In this document: positions 18,728-29,284 of the stretch, piece after piece
Layout: each line of letters begins with the position of its first letter
Numbering within the stretch: position 1 is the first letter of the stretch
DNA from: Bacillota bacterium
Lineage (GTDB): Bacteria; Bacillota_I; Bacilli_A; RFN20; CAG-826
Reading direction: 5' to 3'
Assembly (NCBI GenBank): GCA_030537155.1
Contig: JAUNOH010000008.1
Span: 4,557-68,556 of the forward strand
DNA length: 64,000 nucleotides
Made by a program: the position numbers and the translations under genes
Notes under the pieces: model-generated
The model's database searches: none
What the model was told of the DNA's origin: nothing
Seen by the model: the letters and a program-made list of their open reading frames with translations, nothing else

Positions 18728-20233
18728 CTACTCCTTGAGGAAGCTATCCAAAGCCCCTTTGAGGCGGAGGCGGATGTCTTCCTTCTTGATTGAGACCGAG
18801 ACGAGGTCGCCCTCATTCCAGGTGTATGGCGAGACGGCGACGAAGTCCTCCTCGTCGTCCGTGCGGACGATGTAACGCCAATGGTCGCCGACCCAGACGG
18901 CCCCGACGATGCTGCCCTGGCTTTGGCCGAGGGAGAGGTCGTCGCTCAATTCGATTTTATCGAGTCCGACCTCGGCCACCACTTCGGCGTCGTAGAGGTC
19001 GTATTTCTTATTTTCCTTGGGATCGACCAGATAGCCTTCCTCGTCGACGATGGAGCCGGGGATCAGCTGGGTGATGTCGCACTCGAAGGGATCCTCGCCG
19101 ATGACGACGTTGTTGTTCTTGTCGATCCAAGCGTCCTGATATTGGTTGGTCGAGAAGTTCTTGTGCATGATTTGGATGTTCTCCTTCTCGATGGAGATGG
19201 AGACTAAGGAACCGACCTCGTGGTCTTTCGTGTCGCGGCACATGACCTCGTTTTTCCCGACGTGGACGACGAATTCGTAATGGACGCCCTTGAAGATCTT
19301 CGAGGTGATCTTGCCATCGACGGTGCCTTTTCCCTTCTCGCCGATGATGACATCCTCCGGGCGGACGACGACGTCGACCTTCTCGTTGAGCGGGAAATCA
19401 TCGACCGCGGCCCAACTGGCCCCGATGAAGCGGACCTTCTTCTTGCCGACCATGGTGCCGTTATAGATGTTGGACTCGCCGATGAAGTCGGCCACGAAGG
19501 CGTTAACCGGCTCGTTATAGATATCCTCGGGGGAGCCGCTTTGCTGGATGATGCCATCGTTCATGACGACGATGGTGTCCGACATCGTGAGGGCCTCCTC
19601 CTGGTCGTGGGTGACGTAAAGGAAGGTGATGCCTAGTTTCTTATGCATCTCCTTAAGTTCCAGTTGCATGTCCTTCCTCATCTTGTGGTCGAGGGCCGAA
19701 AGGGGCTCGTCCAAAAGAAGGACCTGGGGCTCGTTGACGATGGCCCGGGCGATGGCGACACGCTGCTGCTGGCCGCCGGAGAGGGTGGTGATGTCACGGT
19801 CCTCCATCTCGTCGAGATCGACGATGGCCAAGGCCTTCATGACCTTCTCATCGATTACTTTCGGGCTCAGATGGCGGTATTTGGTCCTCCCCTTAGCATC
19901 CGTATAGGGGATTTTCTTCAGCTTGAGCCCGAAGGCGACGTTGTCATAGACGTCGAGATGGGGGAAGAGGGCGTAATGCTGGAAGACGGTGTTGACCGGC
20001 CTCTTATTCGGCGGGAGCAAGGAGATGTCCTCGCCGTTTAGCAATATCTTGCCCTTGGAGGGTAGTTCGAATCCGGCAATCATCCTCAAGGTAGTCGTCT
20101 TGCCACAGCCAGACGGACCCAGGATCGTAACGAATTCGCCCTTCTTGATGTCGAGATTGAAGTCCTCGACCACACTCGTGCCATCGAATTGCTTCTGCAC
20201 ATGCTGGAGTGAGATGATTGTGTTTTCTTCCAT
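18728..20233 (-). CDS. potA: Polyamine ABC ATPase with extended C-terminus (extra TOBE-like region)
   Basis: GPSGCGKTT, RPVNTVFQ.YALFPH, LSGGQQQRVA, LLDEPL; start MEENT behind GGAGG. Confidence 0.92.
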   Translation of the reverse strand: MEENTIISLQHVQKQFDGTSVVEDFNLDIKKGEFVTILGPSGCGKTTTLRMIAGFELPSKGKILLNGEDISLLPPNKRPVNTVFQHYALFPHLDVYDNVAFGLKLKKIPYTDAKGRTKYRHLSPKVIDEKVMKALAIVDLDEMEDRDITTLSGGQQQRVAIARAIVNEPQVLLLDEPLSALDHKMRKDMQLELKEMHKKLGITFLYVTHDQEEALTMSDTIVVMNDGIIQQSGSPEDIYNEPVNAFVADFIGESNIYNGTMVGKKKVRFIGASWAAVDDFPLNEKVDVVVRPEDVIIGEKGKGTVDGKITSKIFKGVHYEFVVHVGKNEVMCRDTKDHEVGSLVSISIEKENIQIMHKNFSTNQYQDAWIDKNNNVVIGEDPFECDITQLIPGSIVDEEGYLVDPKENKKYDLYDAEVVAEVGLDKIELSDDLSLGQSQGSIVGAVWVGDHWRYIVRTDDEEDFVAVSPYTWNEGDLVSVSIKKEDIRLRLKGALDSFLKE

Positions 20234-20566
20234 GAGAGTCCCTCCTGCCAAAGATTGGCCCTGGAATTTTTACGGGGAAAATAATGGGGTCAATACCCCC
20301 CATTTGCAATAAAAATTTTCACCCCCCTCCCCCGGGGGTGGCCCACCCCGGAAGACCCCCCGGGGGCAAAAGTTGGCTTTTCTTCGGCCTTATCGGGTTT
20401 TTTCCAACTTTTTTTTGAGCTAATAATTTTGGTCGAAAATTTTTGATTACCCCTATTTGTTTTCTATCTTAATCATTAGGGGTTTCAACCAGCGGTTTCC
20501 TCCTGTGGGACCCCGGGGGTCCTTGCGGGTGCGCAAGCGTGCGAAACAGGTGGTATAATTCGGCTT

Positions 20567-21748
20567 ATGAAGAGAGGAAAGCCCCTATTTCTATTGGTAG
20601 CCTTGCCCCTATTGGGAGGCTTATTTTCCTGCCAGGGCAATGAAACCGTAAATAAGGTCGACCTCGCCTATGGGGCCCTCTTTGACGAGGAGGCCACCGG
20701 GAATGGGATATTCAGCCTCAACCGGGTGTCGGGGGAGAATGGCTATTACTATTCTAATTACCTCCCCTACTCCTCATTGCTCGCAAAGATCACGGATAAG
20801 GATTCCTTCATCCTCATCGTCCAGGCTGAAGGTGAGGAATGCCTCTGCTGGACTTCCTGGCGGGAATTATTATCCGCTTATATGAAGGAGCATAACGTCG
20901 AGATGCACCTGATCACCGAAGACGTCTTGGCGTATGCCCCTAACGACGGGGAAACCCGGGCGGAGTCGCTTGGAATCACCCTCAACGGGGAGAATTCCCT
21001 CCTCATCTTCGATCAGGGGAAATTGGCCTATCAGGAATTTGCCCCCCTGGATTCTAAGTTTTTCTCCTCCTATAAGTATTTGGATTCCTACCTCGACGAG
21101 AGGATAAGCATGCCAAGGATGCTATCACTCACCAACGACCAGTTAGATGCCCTCTACGCCGGGGAGGATGACTTCTATGTCTACTTTGGCCGCTCCTCCT
21201 GCTCCGACTGCGCCTATTTCGAATCGGCCTACCTCGATTCCTTCCTAAAGGAAGATGATGGCACTTATTACTATCTCGACTGCGATTCCGAGGGCATCCG
21301 TTACTATCAGGGCGTGGAACCCCAGAACGAAGCATACCCAGAATATGCCGCCCTGGCCGAAACCCAATGGGCCGAATTCAAAGCCGAATATGGCTTAGCC
21401 TATGGGGAGGATAACCTGGCCGGCTATGGAACCGGCGTCGTGCCCACCATGATGAGGATATCCCCCGATGGAAATAGCCATATGGGCGATGTGATAGCCT
21501 CCTATGCGGTGTATATGAATGACGAATATAGCCTCGATGGCGATACCCTGAATATAACTGGGAGCTATTATTCCTCAAAAAGGCTATCGGCTGATCCGGA
21601 TTATCTGGATTATCTCGGTGAAACCACCCCCTTGGATAGCCTATCCTTCGACGGCTACCTCTCCTCGGGATATTCCACCGCCTATTCCTATTACCGCGAG
21701 AAAATCGCCCCCTATTACGAGACGATATTCGATAGCTTCCTAAAATGA
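20567..21748 (+). CDS. Acidic Tyr-rich lipoprotein with a thioredoxin-like CxxC domain
   Basis: Lipobox LFSC; FYVYFGR.SCSDC and G.VPT motifs. Confidence 0.7.
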   Translation: MKRGKPLFLLVALPLLGGLFSCQGNETVNKVDLAYGALFDEEATGNGIFSLNRVSGENGYYYSNYLPYSSLLAKITDKDSFILIVQAEGEECLCWTSWRELLSAYMKEHNVEMHLITEDVLAYAPNDGETRAESLGITLNGENSLLIFDQGKLAYQEFAPLDSKFFSSYKYLDSYLDERISMPRMLSLTNDQLDALYAGEDDFYVYFGRSSCSDCAYFESAYLDSFLKEDDGTYYYLDCDSEGIRYYQGVEPQNEAYPEYAALAETQWAEFKAEYGLAYGEDNLAGYGTGVVPTMMRISPDGNSHMGDVIASYAVYMNDEYSLDGDTLNITGSYYSSKRLSADPDYLDYLGETTPLDSLSFDGYLSSGYSTAYSYYREKIAPYYETIFDSFLK

Positions 21749-21788
21749 AAAAGGCCCGGCAGATCCGGACCTTTTGTTTTTATCTGCC

Positions 21789-22463
21789 TTATTCCCCGAA
21801 GAAGGTGCCGCGGGCCTTTTCCTTGGTTTCGGCCGAGGCGGTGAAGGGGATGCGGGTGGTGTAGCCGGCTTTGGCGGCCACGATGGCGTAGGTGGGCCAC
21901 TCGAAGATCTTGGTGTTCCAGGCTAGAACGGAATCGTTATAGACCTCGCGGGCCGCGGTGATCTCGCGCTGGAGGTAGGAGTTCTGCTGCATGGCATCCT
22001 CGATCTCGGCGTGGGCCTTGATGTCGGGATAGGCCTCGAGGGCGACGTTGATCGAACGGCCGATGGCGTCGATCTGGGTGCTGGCCTCGTTGCGGGCCGC
22101 ATCGTTGCTGGCGAAGTTGCCGCCGCGGTATTTGGCGACGTTCTCGAAGACGTCCTTGTCGAGCTTGACGGCCTTATTGACCAGCTGGGCGGCGTTTTCG
22201 AGGACGCGGACCCTCTGTTCGAGGTAGTTGTCGATCTGGGAGGCCGAGGCCTGGATCTTCTGCTGCATCTGCTGGAGGTGGGTCCTGGCCTTGATCTTCA
22301 TGAAGATGAAGACGATGCCGGGGATGATGCCGCACACCCAAAGCAAGACCTGGAAGATGGTGCTTCCGACTCCGACTTTGACGGGTACCTGTTTCTCGAT
22401 GACGTTGGCGTCCCTGCCCTTCTCGTTGACCGGGCCAGTCATTTCGTCTAATTCATTGGCCAT
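21789..22463 (-). CDS. lemA: LemA family protein
   Basis: SQIDNYLEQR, EAYPDIKA, EI.AAR..YN..V..WN..IF..P. Confidence 0.88.
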   Translation of the reverse strand: MANELDEMTGPVNEKGRDANVIEKQVPVKVGVGSTIFQVLLWVCGIIPGIVFIFMKIKARTHLQQMQQKIQASASQIDNYLEQRVRVLENAAQLVNKAVKLDKDVFENVAKYRGGNFASNDAARNEASTQIDAIGRSINVALEAYPDIKAHAEIEDAMQQNSYLQREITAAREVYNDSVLAWNTKIFEWPTYAIVAAKAGYTTRIPFTASAETKEKARGTFFGE

Positions 22464-22534
22464 AGATTTTCCTCCTTGGATGCGGGTATAACCCCTATCT
22501 AGATAAGATTAGCATATTATGCGGACGCGGGGGT

Positions 22535-24451
22535 CTATTTTTCTTCACCGGTTTTCTCTTTGACCGTCGATTCCGGCATAGCCGGCTTTTCCTTTTCCTC
22601 GGCTTTGGGGCTCAATAATGCGGATAGCTGCTTCGCCGTCTCGGGGCTGAAGCCACCCAAATAGGCGCCGAGCCTCCGCGAATACTTGGCCAAAGGCGAC
22701 TTCGAGAGGGTCTTCAATAGGTTCTGGTAGCCTTGGTTCTTTGAAAGGGAATCGAGGTAGTTTTTGCTGGCGTTCGCGTTGGTGAAGCTGGCCTGGGTCT
22801 TCTTGGTGACCGGGATGTATTCGACCCAGTGGACCGGGATGTTATGCAGGCGGCCGTCCGGACCCATCTCGGGGACGTATTCGACCCGGGGTTCGCCCCG
22901 GAAGCCATAGGCCGTGATGGTGACCTCATCGATCGGGCCGTTTTTCTTGTCGAGCTTGACCTTGTTGATGATGTCGGTGCAGCAATCCTGCGGCTTCAGG
23001 ATATCTTTGTCGAAGGTATTGGCCAAAACCTCGTGCTCATAACGGGAGAGGTTGCTCTTGAAGGCGTGGCCGTAGATATATTCCCTGGGCTTCATCTGCT
23101 GATAAAGCGGGATGGCGATTAAGGGGGCGGCGTCCCAGTAGAAGTTTTGGAAGTAATAGGTCACATAGTTGACGAAGTTCTCCCTCATCTTGTCGTGGTC
23201 GAAGCCGGCGAAGGAGTCCGGATCGGCGTAGTAGTTGGCCGATTGGGAATGCTTGGAGCCGATGACGTTGACCATCTTCTCCTTGGTGAAGTGGAAATCA
23301 TCGCCATAGGGGGCCTTCGATTTGATGATCTCGAGCTCGTTTTGCTGGGCCAAGGGGGTGAAGAGGAGGCGGAACTGGGCCTCGTCGTTCCTATCCCAGG
23401 CATGCCAGAGCACCTCGAACTCGTCGTTGGACATGGCGGTGAAATTGGTGGACTGATTATCGTCCATCAATTCCTTCTCGGCCTTCTTCTTGGCGCCTTT
23501 GGCCCCGGAGCGGACCTGCTTTTCGAGATCCTTCTCGCTGGAATTGATGTCGACCTGCGGGGAACGGGAGAAGCAGAGTTTCGGGGCGGCCTCATTGGCA
23601 TAGACTAAGAAGGTCTCATAGTGATAGCTCGGGGCCGGTTTGGTGATGGCGGCCGTCAAAGTGGCGGTTTTGACCACGGTCCTCGTCCCGTTTTTGGTGG
23701 AGACGGTCGTGGTATAGGTGATGGTGATGGAGCCGGTGTAACGCTTCTGGACCATCCGCTTTTTATGGACCCTCTCGATTAAGAAGGGGTTACCGACGAT
23801 GGAGCCGGATTGGACGAATTCGATGGAGGTGTCGTTGTCGTAGATGGCCGGAACGCCATATTTCTCGATCAGATACGTATATTTTTCGACGTCGAAGTTC
23901 TCGTCCATTTGGAATAAGGGCACGGCGGTCGAGATGGCCTTTTGCGGCATCCCCCAGTCGAAGAGGGCGTTGGCCGGGTTCATCTGGGCATAGGCCTCGG
24001 CGAGGAGCTTTTTGCATTCGGCGTCGAGCTGGTTGACTTTCTTCTGGGCGGCCTCGATGGCGGCCTGGAGGGCCCCTTTGGCGTGGCGCCACAGCAAGAT
24101 GCCGACCACCACTCCCAAAACCACCACCCCGATGGAGATGCCACCCATGAGGTAGTTGGCGTTCATGAAGCCGAAGACGGCGACGATGACGGCGACCACC
24201 GCCGCCACGAAGAAGAAGATGGCAAAGCCCTTGGCCAAGCCGCTTTTCCCTTTGGCTGAGGATAACTCGGCCTGGGCCTTCTCGAGTTTTTCCTTGGTTT
24301 CGTAGTAGCGTTTGCAGGTCTCGCGGTTGGCCTCGACTTTGACTTTCCCCTTCTTGATGAGGGCGTCGAAATCCTCGCCGGCCTGGGCGATGACCTTCTC
24401 TTTTAGCCCGGGATACATGTCGACCGGGTCGAGGATGGAGTTATCTTTCAT
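22535..24451 (-). CDS. Two-TM membrane protein, MAG1210-like LemA partner
   Basis: Coiled coil-TM-TM-coiled coil; SG.I.GNPF, N.EFE.L..A..R..E.QFRLLFTPLAQ; adjacent to lemA. Confidence 0.65.
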   Translation of the reverse strand: MKDNSILDPVDMYPGLKEKVIAQAGEDFDALIKKGKVKVEANRETCKRYYETKEKLEKAQAELSSAKGKSGLAKGFAIFFFVAAVVAVIVAVFGFMNANYLMGGISIGVVVLGVVVGILLWRHAKGALQAAIEAAQKKVNQLDAECKKLLAEAYAQMNPANALFDWGMPQKAISTAVPLFQMDENFDVEKYTYLIEKYGVPAIYDNDTSIEFVQSGSIVGNPFLIERVHKKRMVQKRYTGSITITYTTTVSTKNGTRTVVKTATLTAAITKPAPSYHYETFLVYANEAAPKLCFSRSPQVDINSSEKDLEKQVRSGAKGAKKKAEKELMDDNQSTNFTAMSNDEFEVLWHAWDRNDEAQFRLLFTPLAQQNELEIIKSKAPYGDDFHFTKEKMVNVIGSKHSQSANYYADPDSFAGFDHDKMRENFVNYVTYYFQNFYWDAAPLIAIPLYQQMKPREYIYGHAFKSNLSRYEHEVLANTFDKDILKPQDCCTDIINKVKLDKKNGPIDEVTITAYGFRGEPRVEYVPEMGPDGRLHNIPVHWVEYIPVTKKTQASFTNANASKNYLDSLSKNQGYQNLLKTLSKSPLAKYSRRLGAYLGGFSPETAKQLSALLSPKAEEKEKPAMPESTVKEKTGEEK

Positions 24452-24529
24452 AGCGAATATTATAGCAGTCAATATACCCGCGGGTGTGCAAAGAAAAACC
24501 GCTGTTTTGCCAGCGGTCATTCATTTTTA

Positions 24530-25873
24530 TTAGTCGGCCAGGGTGCCCATCGGGTCCCAGGGCTTGAGGTGAGTCGGCTCAGCCTCGGTGGCGGAGACCT
24601 CCTCCGCGGTGAGGTACTTCTTCAAGACCACGGCCTGATAGACGAAGGTGTCGAAGAATTCCTTGCTCATGATGTAATAGCCGGCGATGCCGTTATCGCC
24701 GCCCCAGGAGTTCTCGATCTTCCATTTCTGGGGGACGCCGCCGACGAGGTCGACGCCGGTGATGACCATCGCGTGGTTCATGGCGCTATGGCGATAATCG
24801 AGCATATCCTCCTTCGAGAATTCGAGGGGGATGCCGAAAGTCGTCTCGTAATCGAAGGATTTGCTATCCCAATAGGGAAGCTCGCGGGTGCGGTAGAAGC
24901 CGACGTCGGAGCCAAACCAGACCGGGAGCCCGTCCTTAAGCTGGGCGATGATGGCCTCCTTCATCCTCTCCATCTCGACGTTGAGGTGGTTGATGGGCTT
25001 GCCCTCGACGACGTTGCCGAGGAAGTCGACGGTGAAGTTTTTGCCATAGGGCTTATCCTTGGTCGGCGAATTGATGAGCGACTGATAATCGTCGACGAGT
25101 GAGCCGACGTATTTCTCGAAGAAGGATTTCGGGGTGAGGTTCTTGACGATGTGGTATTTGCCCTTCTCATCCTCGTACTGGAAGTCGAATTTCTTCGGGG
25201 GGACACCAAAGGCGTTCAGGAACATGGTGTAGATCTTGCCCATGACCTCATCCTTGAGGGGGCGGATCTCCTCGGCTTTGCCGGCCACATAAAGCTTATG
25301 GGCATCGGCGGCGAACTTCCTGATGGCGGCGTTGACCAGTTGGTCGAGGGCCCTGGTGCTGTTGGACTGGGCGGTCTCGGGGAAGGCATCCTGCGGGACT
25401 AGACCATACTTATTGACCAAGTTGACGAACATATCCCACTGCCCGCCATCGCTCACCGGCATGAAGAGGATGAACTGGAGGACGCGGTCCTCGCTGTCCT
25501 TATCGGCCAATTTGATGCAGGATTCGAGAGCAAAGTTAGCCTTCTCGATCTTGTCATAGAGGGAGATGTAGTTTTGGGAGAGCTCGAATTTCTTCAGCCC
25601 GAGCTTAGTGGCCACGATCTCGCGGAGGACGTTGAGCCCGGCGAAAATCCAGCAACGGCCCGATTGCCTCTGGTTGGTGACCGGGAGGGTCTTCACCTCG
25701 ACGGAGAAGTGGTTGGTGACTGAGGGGGCGGCCTCACTCACGTAGATGACCTGATCGACGTTGGCCCTCGATAGGGCGTGGCGGATGATCGGGTTCCTCT
25801 TATCCTTGGCATAATCTTTGTTCAGTTTCTTGGTGACTTCCTCATCGAGGGCACCGATGACTTTTTCGCTCAT
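24530..25873 (-). CDS. pepC: Aminopeptidase C (C1B cysteine peptidase)
   Basis: NQRQSGRCW, DGGQW, NHAM, WKIENSWG, C-terminal WDPMGTLA. Confidence 0.95.
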   Translation of the reverse strand: MSEKVIGALDEEVTKKLNKDYAKDKRNPIIRHALSRANVDQVIYVSEAAPSVTNHFSVEVKTLPVTNQRQSGRCWIFAGLNVLREIVATKLGLKKFELSQNYISLYDKIEKANFALESCIKLADKDSEDRVLQFILFMPVSDGGQWDMFVNLVNKYGLVPQDAFPETAQSNSTRALDQLVNAAIRKFAADAHKLYVAGKAEEIRPLKDEVMGKIYTMFLNAFGVPPKKFDFQYEDEKGKYHIVKNLTPKSFFEKYVGSLVDDYQSLINSPTKDKPYGKNFTVDFLGNVVEGKPINHLNVEMERMKEAIIAQLKDGLPVWFGSDVGFYRTRELPYWDSKSFDYETTFGIPLEFSKEDMLDYRHSAMNHAMVITGVDLVGGVPQKWKIENSWGGDNGIAGYYIMSKEFFDTFVYQAVVLKKYLTAEEVSATEAEPTHLKPWDPMGTLAD

Positions 25874-26029
25874 TTGGCGGTATTTCCTTTCTCTTTCTTG
25901 TAAGAAACGGCTAACCGCTATTATAGAACCGCGGATTTTTTGGGCAACTAGATAACTCACTCAACCGGGTCGCCATCTTCCTTTTTTCGCCCGCGAATAT
26001 AAAATTAGACGCCAAGGAAGAAAGAAAAT

Positions 26030-27238
26030 ATGGACAAAAACCTAGAGAGATTCGTCAAATACTGCAAAATCGACACCCAATCCGATTCCACCTCATCTTT
26101 GATCCCCTCGACCCCCAAGCAGCTAAACCTCACGAAGGAACTGCTTAAGGACCTCAACGAGATGGGCATCAAAGGCGAGATCGATGAGTTCGGCCTGCTA
26201 TACGCCAAATTGCCGGGCGAGGAGGGATTGGACCCCATCGGCCTAAACGCCCACGTCGACACCGCCGAGGAGATCACCGACACCAACTGCTCGCCCCGTT
26301 ACATCGAAAACTACGACGGCGGCACCATCAGGCTCAACGAGACCTACTCGATGGGGCCGGAGCAATTCCCCTGCCTTAGCAAATTCAAGGGAGACGATCT
26401 AATCGTCACCGACGGCAACACCCTTTTGGGGGCCGATGATAAAGCCGGCATCGCCATCATCATGGCCGCCCTCGACTACTACACCTCCCATCCCGAAAAA
26501 AAGCACCACCCGGTCTGCATCCTCTTCTCCAACGACGAGGAGATCGGTCGTGGGCCCGACCACTTCGACGCCGAAAAATTCGGGGCCGCATACGCCTATA
26601 CCATCGACGGCGAGGTCTATGACACCGTCTCATACGAGAACTTCAACGCCGCCCACGCCTTCGTCAACATCAAGGGCGTCACCGTCCACCCCGGTGAAGC
26701 CAAGGATCAGATGGTCAACGCCGGGTCGTTAGCCTGCGAATTCGATGGGTTATTGCCTGCCTTATCCCGCCCCCAATACACCGAATGGCGCGAGGGTTTC
26801 GTCCACCTCATCTCCATGGAGGGCGAATGCGATAAGGCCAGGATGCGTTACATCATCCGCGACCATGACCGCGAGAAATTGGCCGCCTTGAAGGACACCT
26901 TCATCCGGGCCCGCGACGAACTTAGAAGCAAATACCCAAAGGCGGAAATCGAGGTCGAGCTATACGATGATTACCGCAACATGAAGGAATGCATCGATAA
27001 GGATCCGCGCTGCATCGAGAGGATCGAGAAGACTTTCGCCAAGCTCGGTCACAAGATCGTCTACAAGCCGATGCGCGGCGGGACCGACGGGGCCGGCTTC
27101 TCCTTCAAGGGCTGCCCCACACCCAACCTTGGGACCGGGAGCTATAACCACCACGGCCGCTTCGAATTCCTCTCCGTCGGGGAATTCAACAAGATGGTCG
27201 AAATCGTGATTACCTTGCTATCCGCCGACTTGAAATAG
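26030..27238 (+). CDS. pepT: Peptidase T
   Basis: AHVDTA, TLLGADDKAG, DEEIGRG, ENFNAA, RGGTDG, HG..EF. Confidence 0.95.
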   Translation: MDKNLERFVKYCKIDTQSDSTSSLIPSTPKQLNLTKELLKDLNEMGIKGEIDEFGLLYAKLPGEEGLDPIGLNAHVDTAEEITDTNCSPRYIENYDGGTIRLNETYSMGPEQFPCLSKFKGDDLIVTDGNTLLGADDKAGIAIIMAALDYYTSHPEKKHHPVCILFSNDEEIGRGPDHFDAEKFGAAYAYTIDGEVYDTVSYENFNAAHAFVNIKGVTVHPGEAKDQMVNAGSLACEFDGLLPALSRPQYTEWREGFVHLISMEGECDKARMRYIIRDHDREKLAALKDTFIRARDELRSKYPKAEIEVELYDDYRNMKECIDKDPRCIERIEKTFAKLGHKIVYKPMRGGTDGAGFSFKGCPTPNLGTGSYNHHGRFEFLSVGEFNKMVEIVITLLSADLK

Positions 27239-27279
27239 CAACGAAAAACCCCGATGGCCTCGGGGTTTTCTTTTTGCCT

Positions 27280-28311
27280 TTATTTTTGCTTTTGGCTGAC
27301 TTGGATCTGGTTGATGACGATCTGGATGTTGTTTTTCTTCAATAGGAGCAGGTAATGCTCGTTTAGCTTCCTCGTCGCATCGAATTTATCGTCTTCCTTT
27401 ATGCGGGCGATCATCCTGCAGGTTACCCCGTTTAGCCCCAATTCCTGATAGCCGAGGAAGAGGGGGTCCTCCTGGATGATGGGGAATTCGACGCGGAGGT
27501 TCGGAAGGTCATCCTCGATGAGCTTACGCAGAGCCACGAAATCGGTGTCGTAGCTGACCGTGAAGTCGCAGACGGCCGTCGATAGCTGGCGCGAGAGGTT
27601 GACGACGGTGTTGATCTGGTTGTTCCTGATGACCTTTAGGTTTTTGGCCATATCCTCGAGTTTGACGCAGGATAGGGAGATCTCGGTGACCGTGCCCCTG
27701 AAGGAGTCGATGACCACCACATCCCCAACCTGAAATTGGTCCTCGAAGACGATTTCGATGCCGGCGATGACATCGGCGATCAGAGTCTGGGCCCCGAGGC
27801 CGACGATCAAAGCCAAAACCCCGGCCGAGGCGATGAGGGTGGCGGTGTCGACGCCCCACACCGATAAGATGCCAAGGATGACCCCGATGCCGGCGATGTA
27901 TTTGACGCCGCTGGAAGCCAATCTCGAGATGGTGACGGCCTTATGGCTCCTTTTGGCGAAGGTGGCCACGATGATGATTCGGATCAGATAGGCGATGCCC
28001 TCCACCACCATCAATACCTGGATGGAGGATAGTATCTTGGCGGTTACGTGGTTGGCCTCATCGAAGAGGTATGGATAAATCCAGGTGTCGCTGGGGAGGA
28101 AGCGGTCTAAAAGGATATAGGCCAGGCAGAAGGCGGCGAAGACCACGAAGAATATGAAATAGTTCCGGGCTTCTTTTTTGCTCTTTTTCCTCTCCTCATA
28201 ACGCCGATTCGCGTCGAGGGCGTCCTTGGTCTCCTCCACGCTTTTGACCAAGGCCTGGGTTATCCCCTTTTCCTCGATCTTGGCTTTCTTCTCTTCGCTT
28301 TTCTTGCTCAT
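27280..28311 (-). CDS. MscS-family mechanosensitive channel
   Basis: AG...L.VGLGAQ.LI.D..AG, F.VGD.V.I....G.V.EI. Confidence 0.9.
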   Translation of the reverse strand: MSKKSEEKKAKIEEKGITQALVKSVEETKDALDANRRYEERKKSKKEARNYFIFFVVFAAFCLAYILLDRFLPSDTWIYPYLFDEANHVTAKILSSIQVLMVVEGIAYLIRIIIVATFAKRSHKAVTISRLASSGVKYIAGIGVILGILSVWGVDTATLIASAGVLALIVGLGAQTLIADVIAGIEIVFEDQFQVGDVVVIDSFRGTVTEISLSCVKLEDMAKNLKVIRNNQINTVVNLSRQLSTAVCDFTVSYDTDFVALRKLIEDDLPNLRVEFPIIQEDPLFLGYQELGLNGVTCRMIARIKEDDKFDATRKLNEHYLLLLKKNNIQIVINQIQVSQKQK

Positions 28312-28323
28312 GTTGCTCTCCCT

Positions 28324-28986
28324 TTATTCGATGTTTCCTTCGTTTTCATATAGGGTGCTCACCCCATAGCCATAATCAGCTTTGATCGTGAAGCTATACC
28401 TCCCGGCATACGCTTCCGGGAAAGAATAGGCGCTTTCCCCACTGATGTTTTGGTAATAGTAATTCCCCGAACCAAAAGTCCTCTCCGGAACCTCTTCGTC
28501 CAATTGGGTGGCGAGGGAGTATTGGTGCTCGAAGCTTATCTCCCCGCCTGCTTCCACATACACATACAAAGTGGTCACGACGTTGTATTTGACCTGAAAT
28601 TCGTAGCTCAGCGTTTTATGTGTCCCGAGGTCATTTATCTGATAGAGGGCGGAGTCCGAATATAGGCCCGTCAGGGTCGGGGTGGCCGCTGAAACGGCTT
28701 CGATGATATAGGAATAGGTGATGATCGTGATGGCCGAGGCGCTTAGGGCGATGCTGACGATCCTGGCCATCTTGGTGGCCTTATTGATGTTGCCCTCATA
28801 TTTGGTTTCGGCCAAAGATGAGCCCAAATCGAGCTCGGAATATGTCGAATCCTCGGGAATTACCCCATCTAAGTTCGGGCTGGGATCGGTTTGGTCGGTG
28901 CTATCGGGCTCAACGTAAAACTCGGTGGCCATATCCAAATTGATGTTGACCATCCAGTCCTGATTGTTCGTCGCCTTATTCGCCAT
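28324..28986 (-). CDS. Single-TM hypothetical protein
   Basis: 220-aa ORF with one hydrophobic helix; -10 TATACT 7 nt before ATG; upstream of the mscS-like gene. Confidence 0.65.
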   Translation of the reverse strand: MANKATNNQDWMVNINLDMATEFYVEPDSTDQTDPSPNLDGVIPEDSTYSELDLGSSLAETKYEGNINKATKMARIVSIALSASAITIITYSYIIEAVSAATPTLTGLYSDSALYQINDLGTHKTLSYEFQVKYNVVTTLYVYVEAGGEISFEHQYSLATQLDEEVPERTFGSGNYYYQNISGESAYSFPEAYAGRYSFTIKADYGYGVSTLYENEGNIE

Positions 28987-29093
28987 TGGAGAAAGTATAT
29001 CGTTTTTCTTCGCCTTTTTTGCCTAAATGCGGCAAATAGGAGTAATTTTCGAACAAAAAAGGCCCCGTTTATGTCGGGGCCGGTGTTTTTGCT

Positions 29094-29168
29094 TGGCTGG
29101 GGTGGCTGGGATCGGACCAGCGCATGCGGGTTTCAGAGACCCGTGCCTTACCGCTTGGCTACACCCCA
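29094..29168 (-). tRNA. tRNA-Gln(CTG)
   Basis: TGGGGTGTAGCCAAGCGGTAAGGCA...CTCTGAA...GCCA; T-loop reads TCCGATC. Confidence 0.93.
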
Positions 29169-29284
29169 AGGCAAACGATATTTTACTCACCTAGGCCCGC
29201 TTGGCAAGAGATAAAGCGCGGGCGGGCGAATTAAGGTTGGCAAAGAAGATTCGTGGGCTATAATCGGCTTTGGGAGGAGCGACG

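Noticed and set aside
20502-20550. Hammerhead ribozyme reading of the three-way junction (CTG...CGAAAC)
   Set aside because: No CTGANGA core and the stem order does not fit
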